Below are positions 19,021 to 29,172 of a stretch of 64,000 nucleotides of DNA, one piece after another; the stretch's first letter is position 1; the number at the start of each line of letters is the position of its first letter. Under the pieces are notes generated by a model, which did not search any database, was not told the origin of the DNA, and worked only from the letters and a program-made list of their open reading frames with translations. Source of the stretch: Actinomycetota bacterium (lineage in GTDB: Bacteria; Actinomycetota; Coriobacteriia; Anaerosomatales; UBA912); NCBI GenBank assembly GCA_018334075.1, contig JAGXSC010000010.1, positions 37,102 to 101,101 on the forward strand. Direction: 5' to 3'. The position numbers were made by a program, and so were the translations under genes.

Positions 19021-20844
19021 TCACTCTACCGTTACGGATTTAGCTAGGTTGCGGGGCTGATCGACATTGCAGCCACGCATCTTTGCTATGCGATAAGAGA
19101 GTAGCTGCATCGGAATTATCGCCGGAATCGCCGAGAGAACCTCTGACGTGGCCGGGATGTAAAACACGTGCTCGGCATGCTTGGCGATCTCCGAGTCACC
19201 ATGGGTTGCCACGGCAATCACTTCCGCGCCGCGAGCCCGAACCTCTTCGACATTGCTGACTACCTTCTCGTAGGTGTGTCCCTGAGTAGCCACTGCAACC
19301 ACCGGTACCTCATCGCTGATCAGCGCGATCGGGCCGTGCTTCATCTCGCCTGCCGGGTAGGCCTCGGCGTGAATGTAGCTTATCTCTTTTAGCTTGAGCG
19401 CCCCCTCCATCGCTACGGGAACGCCCATTCCTCTTCCGAGGAAAAGCGTCGAATAGACGCCATTATACGCAGCGGCGCACTCCTCGATCGCGCTCAGGTC
19501 CTCAAGGATAGCCTCGATGATATCGGGAATGTTCGAGAGCTCCAGCCAGAGCGCTTCGACTCTTTCCGAAGACAAGGTTCCCTTGACTTGCGCAAGCTTG
19601 AGGGCAAATACCGTCAGAACCGCGATCTGCGAGGTGAAGGTTTTGGTGGCAGCGACGCCCACCTCGGGTCCTGCGTGCGTATAAAGAACGCCATCGGATT
19701 CCCTGGTGATTCTTGAACCGACAACATTGGTGACAGCAATGACCTTGGCACCTCTTTCGCGTGCCTCGCGAACGCCCGCAAGCGTATCAGCGGTCTCGCC
19801 CGACTGAGTGATTGCGACAACTATTGTTTGCTCATCAACGATAGGGTCAGAGTAGCGAAACTCACTTGAGACCTGAACTTCCACCGGCAGGCGGGCCCAC
19901 TTCTCGATCAATAGCTTGGCGACTATACCTGCATGGTAGCTTGTTCCACAGGCTATGATGAAAACCCTGTCGACCGCGACTACCTGCTGGTCGGTCATTC
20001 CGAGCTCAGGCATGCTTATCTCGCCTTCGCTCATTCGCCCACTCAGGGTCTGTCGAATAGCTTTCGGCTGCTCATAGATCTCCTTGAGCATGAAATCTTC
20101 GAACCCGCCCTTTTCGGCAGCTTCAAGATCCCACTCCACATAGAGTCTTTCGGGCTCTACCCGAACTCCAGATCCGTTCGTGACGACAACGTCTTCACTC
20201 GTTATGGTAGCGATCTGGCCGTCAGACAGGACGATGACGTCCCTCGTGTACTCAAGCACCGCACAGATATCACTGGCCAGTATGTTCTCTCCCTCGCCAA
20301 TACCGATGATAAGTGGCGAATCCTGTCGGGCAGCCACGAGTACATTCGGCTCGTCGAGGTGCACACAACCAAGCGCGTAGGCGCCGTGCAGTCTGGCAAT
20401 CGCTTTAGCCATAGCCTCAGCAAGATCACCTTGGTAGTAGGCCTCCACAAGATGAGCTACGACCTCGGTATCAGTTTCACTGCGGAGTATGTGGCCGTTT
20501 TGCGCGAGCTCTTCGCGTAGCTGCGAGTAGTTCTCGATAATCCCGTTGTGAACAACGGCTATCCGGCCCGTGCAGTCCTTGTGCGGATGAGCATTCTCCT
20601 CACTTGGCCGACCGTGAGTTGCCCAGCGCGTATGCCCGATTCCAACTTGGCCGACAACAGGACGGCCTGCCAGAGCCTCAGCGAGATTTACGAGCTTTCC
20701 TACTCGGCGCGTTATATTGACTTTTCCATTGTCGATCACCGCTATACCAGCCGAATCATACCCCCGATACTCCAGCCGAGCCAATCCTCCGAGCAACACA
20801 TCACTTGCTTGACGAACTCCTGTATATCCTACGATTCCACACAT
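19021..20844 (-). CDS. glmS: Glutamine--fructose-6-phosphate aminotransferase
   Basis: MCGIVGY N-terminal nucleophile, two SIS domains, C-terminal ...KSVTVE. Confidence 0.95.
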   Translation of the reverse strand: MCGIVGYTGVRQASDVLLGGLARLEYRGYDSAGIAVIDNGKVNITRRVGKLVNLAEALAGRPVVGQVGIGHTRWATHGRPSEENAHPHKDCTGRIAVVHNGIIENYSQLREELAQNGHILRSETDTEVVAHLVEAYYQGDLAEAMAKAIARLHGAYALGCVHLDEPNVLVAARQDSPLIIGIGEGENILASDICAVLEYTRDVIVLSDGQIATITSEDVVVTNGSGVRVEPERLYVEWDLEAAEKGGFEDFMLKEIYEQPKAIRQTLSGRMSEGEISMPELGMTDQQVVAVDRVFIIACGTSYHAGIVAKLLIEKWARLPVEVQVSSEFRYSDPIVDEQTIVVAITQSGETADTLAGVREARERGAKVIAVTNVVGSRITRESDGVLYTHAGPEVGVAATKTFTSQIAVLTVFALKLAQVKGTLSSERVEALWLELSNIPDIIEAILEDLSAIEECAAAYNGVYSTLFLGRGMGVPVAMEGALKLKEISYIHAEAYPAGEMKHGPIALISDEVPVVAVATQGHTYEKVVSNVEEVRARGAEVIAVATHGDSEIAKHAEHVFYIPATSEVLSAIPAIIPMQLLSYRIAKMRGCNVDQPRNLAKSVTVE

Positions 20845-20916
20845 TCTCTTATCAGAACCTTTCTCAAAAATTGACCACCGCCCGCGCTGGCAGGCACATA
20901 TGGTTTCCGATTAGTG

Positions 20917-20925
20917 ATTATACCA
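20917..20925 (-). promoter_or_regulatory. Extended -10 element (TGGTATAAT), candidate glmS promoter
   Basis: The minus strand reads gcTGGTATAATcac about 72 nt upstream of the glmS ATG. No convincing -35. Confidence 0.4.
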
Positions 20926-21114
20926 GCTGCCCCTTGATGTAATGCCCTGAGGCGAAATATCACAATACCTCTATGTAGAATAGCCCAGGTATGGTATCCT
21001 TTCAAACTGGTGGGTCATAAGGACTCATGAAGATCGCGGCTTTGGGATTTCACAGTAAGTGATATCCGGCGTCGCACTGTTTTTGCCCCAGTAGGGGTGG
21101 AAGGATGGATTAGC

Positions 21115-21318
21115 ATGGCAGAAGGTACGGTAAAGTGGTTCAATGCAGAAAAAGGTTATGGCTTCATCGAGCGCGAGGGTGGAGACGACCTCTTCGTGCA
21201 CTTCTCGGAGATCCAATCTGACGGATTCAAGACTCTCGATGAAGGTCAGGCAGTAACATTCGAGGAGGCCACTGGCCGCAACGGTAAGCCGCAGGCTACA
21301 AAGGTCTACGCTCGTTAG
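21115..21318 (+). CDS. cspA: Cold-shock protein (CspA family)
   Basis: [33 protein letters not shown] carries the RNP1/RNP2 motifs. ATG 21115 with a GGAAGGA SD is preferred over track start 21097. Confidence 0.9.
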   Translation: MAEGTVKWFNAEKGYGFIEREGGDDLFVHFSEIQSDGFKTLDEGQAVTFEEATGRNGKPQATKVYAR

Positions 21319-21340
21319 ATCTTGACCGCTCAAAAAAATT

Positions 21341-21367
21341 GCGGCGGCTCCATTTCGGGGCCGCCGC
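21341..21367. terminator. Bidirectional rho-independent terminator between csp (+) and glmM (-)
   Basis: The GCGGCGGC...GCCGCCGC stem is flanked by an A-run on the left and ATATTT on the right. Read on the minus strand, the stem is followed by AATTTTTTTG. Confidence 0.6.
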
Positions 21368-21374
21368 AAAATAT

Positions 21375-22709
21375 TTAACCCAGCTCGTTCTTCACGATCC
21401 TGGCGAGATGATCCGCGGTTCTTAGCGCCACGTCCTCATCGGCCGCTTCAACCATAACGCGCACCAGAGGCTCAGTCCCTGAAGCTCGAACCAAAACTCG
21501 GCCTTCCTCGCCCATCTCCCTAGTCGCAACAGCGATGGCATCACTGAGGGCAACACTGGTAGACATCAAAGCCTTGTCCTTGACCCGCACGTTTTTCAAC
21601 ACCTGCGGGTAGCGGGTCATGATAGCAGCCAAGCTCGACAGCGGCTGCCGACTTTGCTTTATCACCGAGGCGAGTTGCAGCGCGGCGATAAGGCCATCGC
21701 CGGTAGTGTTGTGCTGCATAAAGATGATATGCCCCGACTGCTCACCGCCCAAAACCGCCCCGCTAGCCTGCATCTGCTCCAGTACATACCTGTCCCCAAC
21801 TTTGGTCCTTATGACCTGTATTCCGGAGTGCTTCATTGCTACATCAAAGCCAAGGTTGCTCATCACTGTGCCAACCACAGTGGCGTTCGGCAAATCCCCG
21901 CGAGAGTGCAAGTGCGCTGCGCAGATAGCTATTATGGTATCGCCATCGATTGTTTCCCCTTTTTCATCGAGCACCAGCACCCGATCTGCATCACCATCGT
22001 GCGCAACGCCGAAGTCAACATCGTGGCTAAGCACAAGCTCTCTGAGTTGCGATAGATCCGTCGAGCCACACTTGACGTTTATCTTCGCGCCATCGAAATC
22101 ACAGTTCAGTGGAATCACCTTCGCGCCGAGCTCTTTTAGCGCGGTTATGGTGGTAACCGATGCGGCGCCGTGGCCGCAGTCGACCGCTATCGTCATGCCC
22201 TCAAGATCAACCTCAATGGTATCCACGGCATGAGAGATATAACGGGCGTTCGCATCATCTACCCGCCGAACCACACCTATCGCCGATCCCGTAGGTCGAC
22301 TCCAGCCCCCGCCTCCCTTGACGTACTCCTCGATTTCATCCTCAAGCTCATCGGTAAGCTTGAAGCCATCTCTGCTGAAAAATTTGACGCCGTTGTACTC
22401 TGGTGGATTATGAGAAGCGCTAATAACTACACCGCCATCGGCATCCATGGCCTTAGTAAGGTAGGCCACCGCCGGGGTCGGCACAACTCCACATACAAAA
22501 GCATCCGCCCCACCGGAGCAGATTCCTGCAACCAGAGCAGCTTCAAGCATATCGCCGCTAAGTCTGGAGTCCCTACCAACAACCAGTCTGCCGCGTCCCT
22601 TGTCTGCAAGAAAATGCCCGGCTGCTTCCCCTAACCGAAACACTAACTCAGGCGTAAGCTCACTATTTGCGACTCCACGAACTCCGTCGGTTCCAAACAG
22701 TCGACCCAT
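21375..22709 (-). CDS. glmM: Phosphoglucosamine mutase
   Basis: MGRLFGTDGVRG start and the active-site motif SASHNPPEYNG. An internal ATG is preferred because the track's 5' extension overlaps the rpsI terminator hairpin. Confidence 0.9.
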   Translation of the reverse strand: MGRLFGTDGVRGVANSELTPELVFRLGEAAGHFLADKGRGRLVVGRDSRLSGDMLEAALVAGICSGGADAFVCGVVPTPAVAYLTKAMDADGGVVISASHNPPEYNGVKFFSRDGFKLTDELEDEIEEYVKGGGGWSRPTGSAIGVVRRVDDANARYISHAVDTIEVDLEGMTIAVDCGHGAASVTTITALKELGAKVIPLNCDFDGAKINVKCGSTDLSQLRELVLSHDVDFGVAHDGDADRVLVLDEKGETIDGDTIIAICAAHLHSRGDLPNATVVGTVMSNLGFDVAMKHSGIQVIRTKVGDRYVLEQMQASGAVLGGEQSGHIIFMQHNTTGDGLIAALQLASVIKQSRQPLSSLAAIMTRYPQVLKNVRVKDKALMSTSVALSDAIAVATREMGEEGRVLVRASGTEPLVRVMVEAADEDVALRTADHLARIVKNELG

Positions 22710-22727
22710 ATTTACCTCGATCCGTTC

Positions 22728-22771
22728 TCGCAAAACAACACACAAGACCCGCCCAAGGATAGGCGGGTCTT
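22728..22771 (-). terminator. Rho-independent terminator after rpsI
   Basis: Minus strand: AAGACCCGCC-loop-GGCGGGTCTT followed by GTGTGTTGTTTTGCG. Confidence 0.55.
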
Positions 22772-22797
22772 GATTTGATCGAAAAACTCCCTGCGGC

Positions 22798-23199
22798 CTA
22801 GCGCTTGGAGAACTGTGGACGCTTACGGGCTTTCTTCAAGCCGTACTTCTTGCGCTCAACCATTCTCGGATCACGTCGCAGATGACCAGCTCGCTTCAGC
22901 TCGCCTCTGTACTCCTCGCCAGCGTCGAGCAGGGCGCGAGCGATACCATGACGAAGCGCGCCGGCCTGGCCGCTAATTCCGCCACCGTGGATCTTTGCGA
23001 TGACATCGAATCGATCGCTTGTCTCGGTAGTCTTGAAGGGCGCCTGGACGAAGGTGATTAGCGCCTCGCGGCCAAAGTATTCAATGCCAGGGCGGCCATT
23101 TACAGTTATAACCCCGGTCCCCGGGATCAACATGACGCGGGCGACTGAAGTTTTGCGCCTGCCTGTCCCACGATAAACTGCCTTGGTGTTATCAGCCAT
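22798..23199 (-). CDS. rpsI: 30S ribosomal protein S9
   Basis: [22 protein letters not shown]...[15 protein letters not shown] 23199 with a GGAGGG SD overlaps the rplM stop (ATGGCTGA). Confidence 0.92.
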   Translation of the reverse strand: MADNTKAVYRGTGRRKTSVARVMLIPGTGVITVNGRPGIEYFGREALITFVQAPFKTTETSDRFDVIAKIHGGGISGQAGALRHGIARALLDAGEEYRGELKRAGHLRRDPRMVERKKYGLKKARKRPQFSKR

Positions 23200-23638
23200 T
23201 GATTCGACCCTCCAGCGTAATCTGGCGCGGATTCTGGGCCGCATGGGGATGTTCGGGTCCTGCATAAACCTTCAACTTCTTGCCCATCGCTCGCCCGAGG
23301 GTGTTCTTGGGCAGCATGCCCTTGACCGCACGCGTTATGACCCTGTCGGGGTGACGCTCAAGCATGCGAGATATCGGGGTGGCTTTCAGGCCACTATTAT
23401 ATCCGCTGTGCCTGTAGGCGATCTTTGTCGCCATCTTGTTTCCGGTGAGCTGAATCTTCTCAGCGTTGATGACAACGACGAAATCGCCGGTGTCAACATG
23501 GGGAGTGTACTGCGGCTTGTTCTTGCCTTTCAGGATCTGAGCGATCTGACTTGCAAGACGACCCAGCACCATGTCTTTGGCGTCGACGAGCAGCCACTCG
23601 CGCTCAATCTCCCCCGGTTTGGCATGGTAGGTCTTCAC
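23192..23638 (-). CDS. rplM: 50S ribosomal protein L13
   Basis: (M)[19 protein letters not shown]... GTG 23638 lies 5 nt after GGAGG. The track start at 23686 is probably over-extended. Confidence 0.9.
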   Translation of the reverse strand: MKTYHAKPGEIEREWLLVDAKDMVLGRLASQIAQILKGKNKPQYTPHVDTGDFVVVINAEKIQLTGNKMATKIAYRHSGYNSGLKATPISRMLERHPDRVITRAVKGMLPKNTLGRAMGKKLKVYAGPEHPHAAQNPRQITLEGRING

Positions 23639-23724
23639 TTGTCCTCCAATTTCAAATAATTTCAATTTCGAATAACGCTCGGTCACTGTTCGTATAAGAT
23701 CACGGGGCTCAAACGAACCCCTAA

Positions 23725-23753
23725 ACTATAGCCATCGACCTAGGCCGAGTCAA
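23725..23753 (-). promoter_or_regulatory. Sigma-70-type promoter for rplM-rpsI
   Basis: Minus strand TTGACT-N17-TATAGT, followed by a short hairpin (GGGGTTCgtttGAGCCCC) in the leader. Confidence 0.5.
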
Positions 23754-23800
23754 TAACCGAAGTGCCTCAAAGTTGCCTATGCCTGCAAACGGCTATGCGC

Positions 23801-24589
23801 TCAGAGCGAATCCTCCAGCCAGCAACTCGAAGGGTACTCGACGCGCCACAAAGTAAGACCGTGCGGCGGGGCGGTCGGACCAGCAGCCGCGCGGTCACGA
23901 CTTGCCAGCACCTTATGCAACCAATCAACGTCTCGCCGACCCAACCCTGTCTCGACCAGACTTCCCACAAGTATCCTCACCATCGAGTGCAAGAATGCGT
24001 CTCCGACGACCCTTATGGTCACCTCTCGCTCCTCCCGGAAGCACTCCTCGGTAATCTCCACAACCTCAAGCGCCCTGTGAGTGTTTATGCCAATCGCCGA
24101 ATCTCTGACACAGAAGGCCGAGAAATCGTGCTCGCCGAGGAGCGCCAGTGCGGCCTCCTGCATTACGCCAAGGTCAAGCTCCTTCTTTACCCACCAAGCG
24201 TATCCAGAGCTGAAGAGCGGCGGGACCGGGCCTGTGCAAATGGCATAACGGTACTCGCGAGTGTGCGCATCGAATCTTGCCGAGAACCCCTTGGCGCAGC
24301 GCCTTGCGCCCCGGATAACGATACCGGGTCCACACAAAGCGTTCAGGGACCTGGTCAAGCGCATTAGATCCGGAGCCGAAGAAACCGGCGTATCGAAGCT
24401 TACGACCTGACCCAAAGCGTGAACTCCAGCGTCTGTCCTGCCTGCGCCGGTGGTTCCGACAGCGGTCCCGAATATCGTGTGCAGCGCCGATTCGATGGTT
24501 CCCTGGATCGTCGGTATGCCAGGTTGACGCGCAAAGCCGTGAAAGTCGGATCCGTCGTAAGACACCAGCAAGGCGATGCAATCGCTCAT
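23801..24589 (-). CDS. truA: tRNA pseudouridine(38-40) synthase TruA
   Basis: YDGSDFHGFARQP...GAGRTDAGVHALGQV, with the catalytic Asp motif. Confidence 0.88.
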   Translation of the reverse strand: MSDCIALLVSYDGSDFHGFARQPGIPTIQGTIESALHTIFGTAVGTTGAGRTDAGVHALGQVVSFDTPVSSAPDLMRLTRSLNALCGPGIVIRGARRCAKGFSARFDAHTREYRYAICTGPVPPLFSSGYAWWVKKELDLGVMQEAALALLGEHDFSAFCVRDSAIGINTHRALEVVEITEECFREEREVTIRVVGDAFLHSMVRILVGSLVETGLGRRDVDWLHKVLASRDRAAAGPTAPPHGLTLWRVEYPSSCWLEDSL

Positions 24590-24611
24590 CGAAAGCCTCC
24601 ATCACGATTGA

Positions 24612-25418
24612 TCACAGTGTCACTCCTACAGCAAGCAGAAGAGTGCCGACTGACACCATGACGATCATATCCCTTACGCCAAGCCGACTTTCATTGAGCC
24701 GCGTGCGCCCATGTCCACCGTGATAGCACCTGGCCTCCATTGCGACAGCGAGTTCCTCGGAGCGCTTGAATAGACCGACAAACAGCGGTATCAGAACGGG
24801 AATATACGCCCGAGCTCGTGCCAGCGGCCAGCGCTGATCAAATCTAGCGCCGCGGGCGATCTGGGCGACGACGATCTTCTCGGCTTCCTCGGCGGTTGTG
24901 GGTATAAATCGCAGCGCGATCGTCAATATCATAGCGATTTCCCCCACTGGGACCCGGATCCGTTCGAGTGGGCGCATCAGGCGAGTCAAGCCATCGGTCA
25001 ACTCCACTGGCGAGGTCGTGAGAGTCAAAAGCGAACTGCCTATCACCAGCAACATAATGCGCGCCGAGAAGAAGATGCCTCTGCCGAGTCCGTCAGGGTC
25101 GACGGCCAAAGGGCCTACCCGAATCAGCGCCACAGTTGCCGGCTCCCAGCGCAACGAATGCGCCAACAAGGTGAACAGCAGCAACAGCGTCACGGCCTTC
25201 AGGCCGCGCACGACGATCCGCCAGGAAACCTTAGAGAGCACAACGGCGATAACAGCGAGTGCCCCAATGAGCACCAGGCCAGAGAATCGCTCGATCATAA
25301 AGAGCACGATCGCAAAGACAAATATCAGGATCATTTTTGCTCGCGCCTCGAGCGTATGGATAGGCGAATCCACCGGCACATACTGACCAAATGGCACTGG
25401 CGGTCTCACGGTGACCAC
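24612..25418 (-). CDS. ecfT: ECF transporter transmembrane (T) component
   Basis: Polytopic protein with the EcfT coupling motifs (ARxxR-type: AMEARCYHG, QIARGARF). Follows two ECF ATPase genes. Confidence 0.85.
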   Translation of the reverse strand: MVTVRPPVPFGQYVPVDSPIHTLEARAKMILIFVFAIVLFMIERFSGLVLIGALAVIAVVLSKVSWRIVVRGLKAVTLLLLFTLLAHSLRWEPATVALIRVGPLAVDPDGLGRGIFFSARIMLLVIGSSLLTLTTSPVELTDGLTRLMRPLERIRVPVGEIAMILTIALRFIPTTAEEAEKIVVAQIARGARFDQRWPLARARAYIPVLIPLFVGLFKRSEELAVAMEARCYHGGHGRTRLNESRLGVRDMIVMVSVGTLLLAVGVTL

Positions 25419-26266
25419 ACCTGATCCCGGCCCCGACGCACGGCGTCAAAGATGATCTCCGCAGCGCGAATCGGGTCCAACGTAAACTCGCCCAATCGAT
25501 AACCCGCCGCAACTGCCGCAAGCTGCGTTCTTAGCACCTCTGGGGGCAAAATACCCGCTTTGGCGAAGTATTGGGGGTCTTGGACCAGCGCGGCTGCTTC
25601 GCCGTAATACACGGCCTTGCCCTGATCGAGCAGAAGCGCCTTGTCGGCTATGCCGAGGAACTCCTCGGCGTCGTGGGTTACGATTAGAAGCGCACACTCT
25701 TGCTTCACCTCGCCGATAATGCGTCGCATAACCCGGCGACCATCGATATCGAGTCCAGCAGTGGGTTCGTCCAGGAGTAGATACCGAGGTTGCATAGCAA
25801 GAACGCCGGCCAGCGCGACCCGTCGAGCCTCTCCGCCGGATAGCGTAAACGGCGATCTGTGCGCAAACTGCTCGGTGAAAAGGCCGACCGACTCAAGCGC
25901 ACTGCGCGCCAGGTCGATGGCTTCGGGGTGCGAGAAACCTTGGTTCATAGGGCCAAAGGCCACGTCGTCCAGCACGCTATCGGCAAAAAGCTGGGTCTCT
26001 GGATTCTGAAACACCAGGCCCAGCCGACCCGAGCTACCAAACATCGGGCCGGTCACAGGACGGCCCTCGATCTCTATCGATCCCTCAGTAGGTGGAAGTA
26101 AGCCAGCTATCATGCGCAGCAGCGTTGACTTTCCAGAACCCGTCGGGCCAAGAACCACAAGACTCTCTCCTCGGTCGACCTCAAAGGAGACACCCTCAAG
26201 CGCGCGATGGGCGAAGCTCATTCCGCTGGCGTATACGTATCCCGCGCCATCTACCCGCAGGCTCAT
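25406..26266 (-). CDS. ecfA2: ECF transporter ATPase component A2
   Basis: Walker A GPTGSGKST, signature LSGGEARRVA, Walker B LLLDEP. Confidence 0.85.
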   Translation of the reverse strand: MSLRVDGAGYVYASGMSFAHRALEGVSFEVDRGESLVVLGPTGSGKSTLLRMIAGLLPPTEGSIEIEGRPVTGPMFGSSGRLGLVFQNPETQLFADSVLDDVAFGPMNQGFSHPEAIDLARSALESVGLFTEQFAHRSPFTLSGGEARRVALAGVLAMQPRYLLLDEPTAGLDIDGRRVMRRIIGEVKQECALLIVTHDAEEFLGIADKALLLDQGKAVYYGEAAALVQDPQYFAKAGILPPEVLRTQLAAVAAGYRLGEFTLDPIRAAEIIFDAVRRGRDQVWSP

Positions 26267-27069
26267 AGGACGCTCACGACCGCATCGGCATCCATTGCCA
26301 GCGCAGGAACCGGCAGGCCCAGGTGCCTGAGCCTCGATGTCATCTCGTACACGGGCGGAACTGTCAGCCCAAAACTCTCAAGCAAGCCCTCTTCTTCCAA
26401 GAGCTTGGAGGGAGTACCAAGAAAGGCGATTCGCCCATCACGAAGAACGAGAACCCTATCGGCAGCCGAGAGGTCAGAAACGTGATGTGTAATGTGAACA
26501 ACGCCAGTACCCTCATCCCGAAGCCTGGCGATAATCTCCAACACATCGCTTCGGCCAGATGGATCGAGCATCGCTGTCGGCTCATCCAGAATGATATACC
26601 TGGGTTGCAGTGCGAGTACTCCGGCGATCGCCAACCTCTGCTTCTGCCCCCCTGACAGCAGATGCGGCTCCCTTCTCTCCAGCCCCGACAATCCCACACT
26701 CTGCAGTGCCGCATCGACGCGCACCCGCAGCTCCTCGGGTGGAACGCCGAGATTTTCAGGACCGAAAGCAACATCCTCCTCCACCACGGTGCCCACGATC
26801 TGTGCGTCCGGATTTTGAAAAACAACACCCACCCGGCTGCGAACCTCCCATATTGACGCGGGATCTGCAGCAGAGAGCCCATCGACGACGACAGAGCCCT
26901 CATCCGGAAGCAAAAGGCCATTCATGAGCAACGCCAACGTTGATTTCCCGGAGCCATTGGGGCCAAAGACTGCAAGCGTCTGCCCGGGAAAAATTTCCAG
27001 GGTTACCTCACTGATGGCCTGTCGAATTGAGCCAGGATAAGTAAAGCTGATTTCTCTAAGGCTGATCAC
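26263..27069 (-). CDS. ecfA1: ECF transporter ATPase component A1
   Basis: GPNGSGKST, LSGGQKQRLA, IILDEP. GTG start with a GGAGG SD. Confidence 0.85.
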   Translation of the reverse strand: MISLREISFTYPGSIRQAISEVTLEIFPGQTLAVFGPNGSGKSTLALLMNGLLLPDEGSVVVDGLSAADPASIWEVRSRVGVVFQNPDAQIVGTVVEEDVAFGPENLGVPPEELRVRVDAALQSVGLSGLERREPHLLSGGQKQRLAIAGVLALQPRYIILDEPTAMLDPSGRSDVLEIIARLRDEGTGVVHITHHVSDLSAADRVLVLRDGRIAFLGTPSKLLEEEGLLESFGLTVPPVYEMTSRLRHLGLPVPALAMDADAVVSVL

Positions 27070-27112
27070 AGCGCCTCCATGCTAACCAGGCAGATATCCG
27101 ACTCTCACGCAA

Positions 27113-27139
27113 AGAGCCTCGCAAGAAGTGCGAGGCTCT
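27113..27139 (-). terminator. Perfect 11-bp hairpin after rplQ (weak terminator or attenuator)
   Basis: AGAGCCTCGCA-5 nt-TGCGAGGCTCT. On the minus strand only TTGCG follows, so termination is probably partial. Confidence 0.4.
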
Positions 27140-27187
27140 CTCGATAGCTTGTACCAGGCTTGAAAGCCCTCCTGCCGTCATGCCGAA

Positions 27188-27541
27188 TTAATCGACAAGC
27201 TCCATTATCACCATCGGCGCAGAGTCGCCTTTCCTGGGGCCCAACTTCAGTATCCTTGTGTACCCGCCGTTCCTGTTTTCAAAACGAGGGGCTATATCGG
27301 CGAAAACTTTGTGCACGAGCTCCTTGTCGCCAAGCTTGCCCATAGCGAGCCTTCTCGAGTGCACGTCACCTTTTTTGCCCCACGTGATGATGCCCTCTAC
27401 CAACGACCGAACTTCCTTCGCCTTTGCCTCGGTAGTCTTTATTCTCTCATTGATAAACAGGGCGGTTGCAAGGTTCTTCAGGATGGCGTCAGTATGACTT
27501 GCATCCGTGCCAAGCTTACGACCCTTCTTCTGATGTCTCAT
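27188..27541 (-). CDS. rplQ: 50S ribosomal protein L17
   Basis: MRHQKKGRKLGTDASHTDA... follows rpoA. Confidence 0.93.
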   Translation of the reverse strand: MRHQKKGRKLGTDASHTDAILKNLATALFINERIKTTEAKAKEVRSLVEGIITWGKKGDVHSRRLAMGKLGDKELVHKVFADIAPRFENRNGGYTRILKLGPRKGDSAPMVIMELVD

Positions 27542-27554
27542 GATTTACTGTCTC

Positions 27555-28493
27555 CTACGCTTTCAGGCCGAGGCCTACTTGTTGCAGCTTGTCCTTTACC
27601 TCTTCAATCGACTTCGCACCAAAGTTGCGAATATTGAGAAGGTCATTCTCGCTGCACTCGGTTAGTTGACCAATGGTGTTGACCCCTTGGCGCCTAAGGC
27701 AATTGTATGAGCGAACCGAAAGATCCAGGTCCTCGATTGGCCTGTCGAGATCACCTTCGGAGTCATCCTCCGATACACGGAAGATTCCCTCATCCGGTAG
27801 CGCGGATACCGCCTGATCGGCAAATACCAGCATGTGCTCATTGATTATCTGCCCTGCACGGGCCACAGCATCACTCGGCTCTATCGCACCGTTGGTCTCA
27901 ACTTCCAAAATAAGCTTGTCGTAGTCGGTTCGCTGTCCGACTCGAGTGTTCTCTACCACATATGTGCACCGCGAAACTGGAGAGAATAGTGAATCGATCA
28001 GGATGGTATCTACGGAGTCGTCCACTGGCCTGTTCTTGTCGGCGGCAATATAACCGCGCCCGACACGAATGCCGACTCTCATTTCCAGAGTCGCACCTTT
28101 CGCCAGATGGGCGATAACAGCATCTGGATTCACGATATCAAACTCTGCGGGAATCTCGAGGTCGGCAGCTGTGACAACACCCGGTCCGGATTTCACAAGA
28201 GTAGCAACCGCGCTATCGCCCTCGATGCCTGTCGACCGAAATATCAGCGACTTCACGTTGAGTACGATATCAGTGACATCCTCACGAACTCCATCCAGGG
28301 AAGCAAACTCATGATGGACTCCGGAGATCCGTATGGAGCAGGCAGCAGCTCCCTGTAGGGAAGACAAGAGCGTGCGGCGCATGCAGTTCCCGAGCGTGTA
28401 ACCAAAGCCTCTCTCGAGGGGCTCCATGGTATATCGAGCTAGGCAGTCGCCGATCTGCTCTACATTGACACTTGGTCTCATAAACTCTGTCAC
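27555..28493 (-). CDS. rpoA: DNA-directed RNA polymerase subunit alpha
   Basis: Full-length RpoA with a C-terminal HhH domain (LSVRSYNCLRR...NFGAKSIEEV). Confidence 0.96.
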   Translation of the reverse strand: MTEFMRPSVNVEQIGDCLARYTMEPLERGFGYTLGNCMRRTLLSSLQGAAACSIRISGVHHEFASLDGVREDVTDIVLNVKSLIFRSTGIEGDSAVATLVKSGPGVVTAADLEIPAEFDIVNPDAVIAHLAKGATLEMRVGIRVGRGYIAADKNRPVDDSVDTILIDSLFSPVSRCTYVVENTRVGQRTDYDKLILEVETNGAIEPSDAVARAGQIINEHMLVFADQAVSALPDEGIFRVSEDDSEGDLDRPIEDLDLSVRSYNCLRRQGVNTIGQLTECSENDLLNIRNFGAKSIEEVKDKLQQVGLGLKA

Positions 28494-28525
28494 TTTTTTA
28501 GCCCTCCTCGGCTAGTCCATCTGCC

Positions 28526-29152
28526 CTACTTCGAGTACAACTCAACGATGAGCTGCTCGCGGACGGGGGCATCAATCTGATCACGCACAGGCAGTGATAG
28601 CACTTTCCCGGACAGTTTCTCGATGTCAACCTCAAGCCAACCTGGAACTTCGACTCTTTCAGACGAGATCAGCGAAGTCTTGATAACCAACAGATCCCTG
28701 GACTTCGAGGCAACGGCGATCGTATCGCCGGTCCGAACCCTGTAGGATGGAATGTTAACCCTGCGACCGTTGACCGTGATATGTCCGTGACGAACAACCT
28801 GACGGGCCTCATCTCGGGACTTCGCAAAACCCAGCCTGTAGACAACGTTGTCCAGGCGGCTCTCCAGCAACCGGAGCAAGTTCTCGCCGGTCACTCCAAG
28901 CTGCCTCGTAGCAAGAGCGTAATAGCCCCTGAACTGCTTTTCCAAAAGGCCATACATCCTCTTGGTCTTTTGCTTCTCGCGAAGCTGGATTCGATACTCG
29001 GAATCACGTGGACGGCGCTTGCCGGCCATTCCGGGAGCGTACGGACGGCGCTCGATTGCGCACTTGTCCGAATAGCACCTATCGCCCTTCAGAAATAATT
29101 TAGTACCTTCGCGGCGGCACAATCTGCAGTCCGCACCGGTATAGCGAGCCAT
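28526..29152 (-). CDS. rpsD: 30S ribosomal protein S4
   Basis: [26 protein letters not shown]... Confidence 0.95.
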   Translation of the reverse strand: MARYTGADCRLCRREGTKLFLKGDRCYSDKCAIERRPYAPGMAGKRRPRDSEYRIQLREKQKTKRMYGLLEKQFRGYYALATRQLGVTGENLLRLLESRLDNVVYRLGFAKSRDEARQVVRHGHITVNGRRVNIPSYRVRTGDTIAVASKSRDLLVIKTSLISSERVEVPGWLEVDIEKLSGKVLSLPVRDQIDAPVREQLIVELYSK

Positions 29153-29172
29153 AATCTATTTCCTTCCGTAAA

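Noticed and set aside
20845-21000. Possible glmS ribozyme upstream of glmS
   Set aside because: From the candidate -10 box the leader is only about 70 nt. I could not find the conserved ribozyme core or pseudoknot segments, and there is too little sequence to hold a ~170-nt ribozyme.
21025-21369. 114-aa minus-strand ORF
   Set aside because: It is antisense to the highly conserved cold-shock protein gene and runs through the bidirectional terminator.
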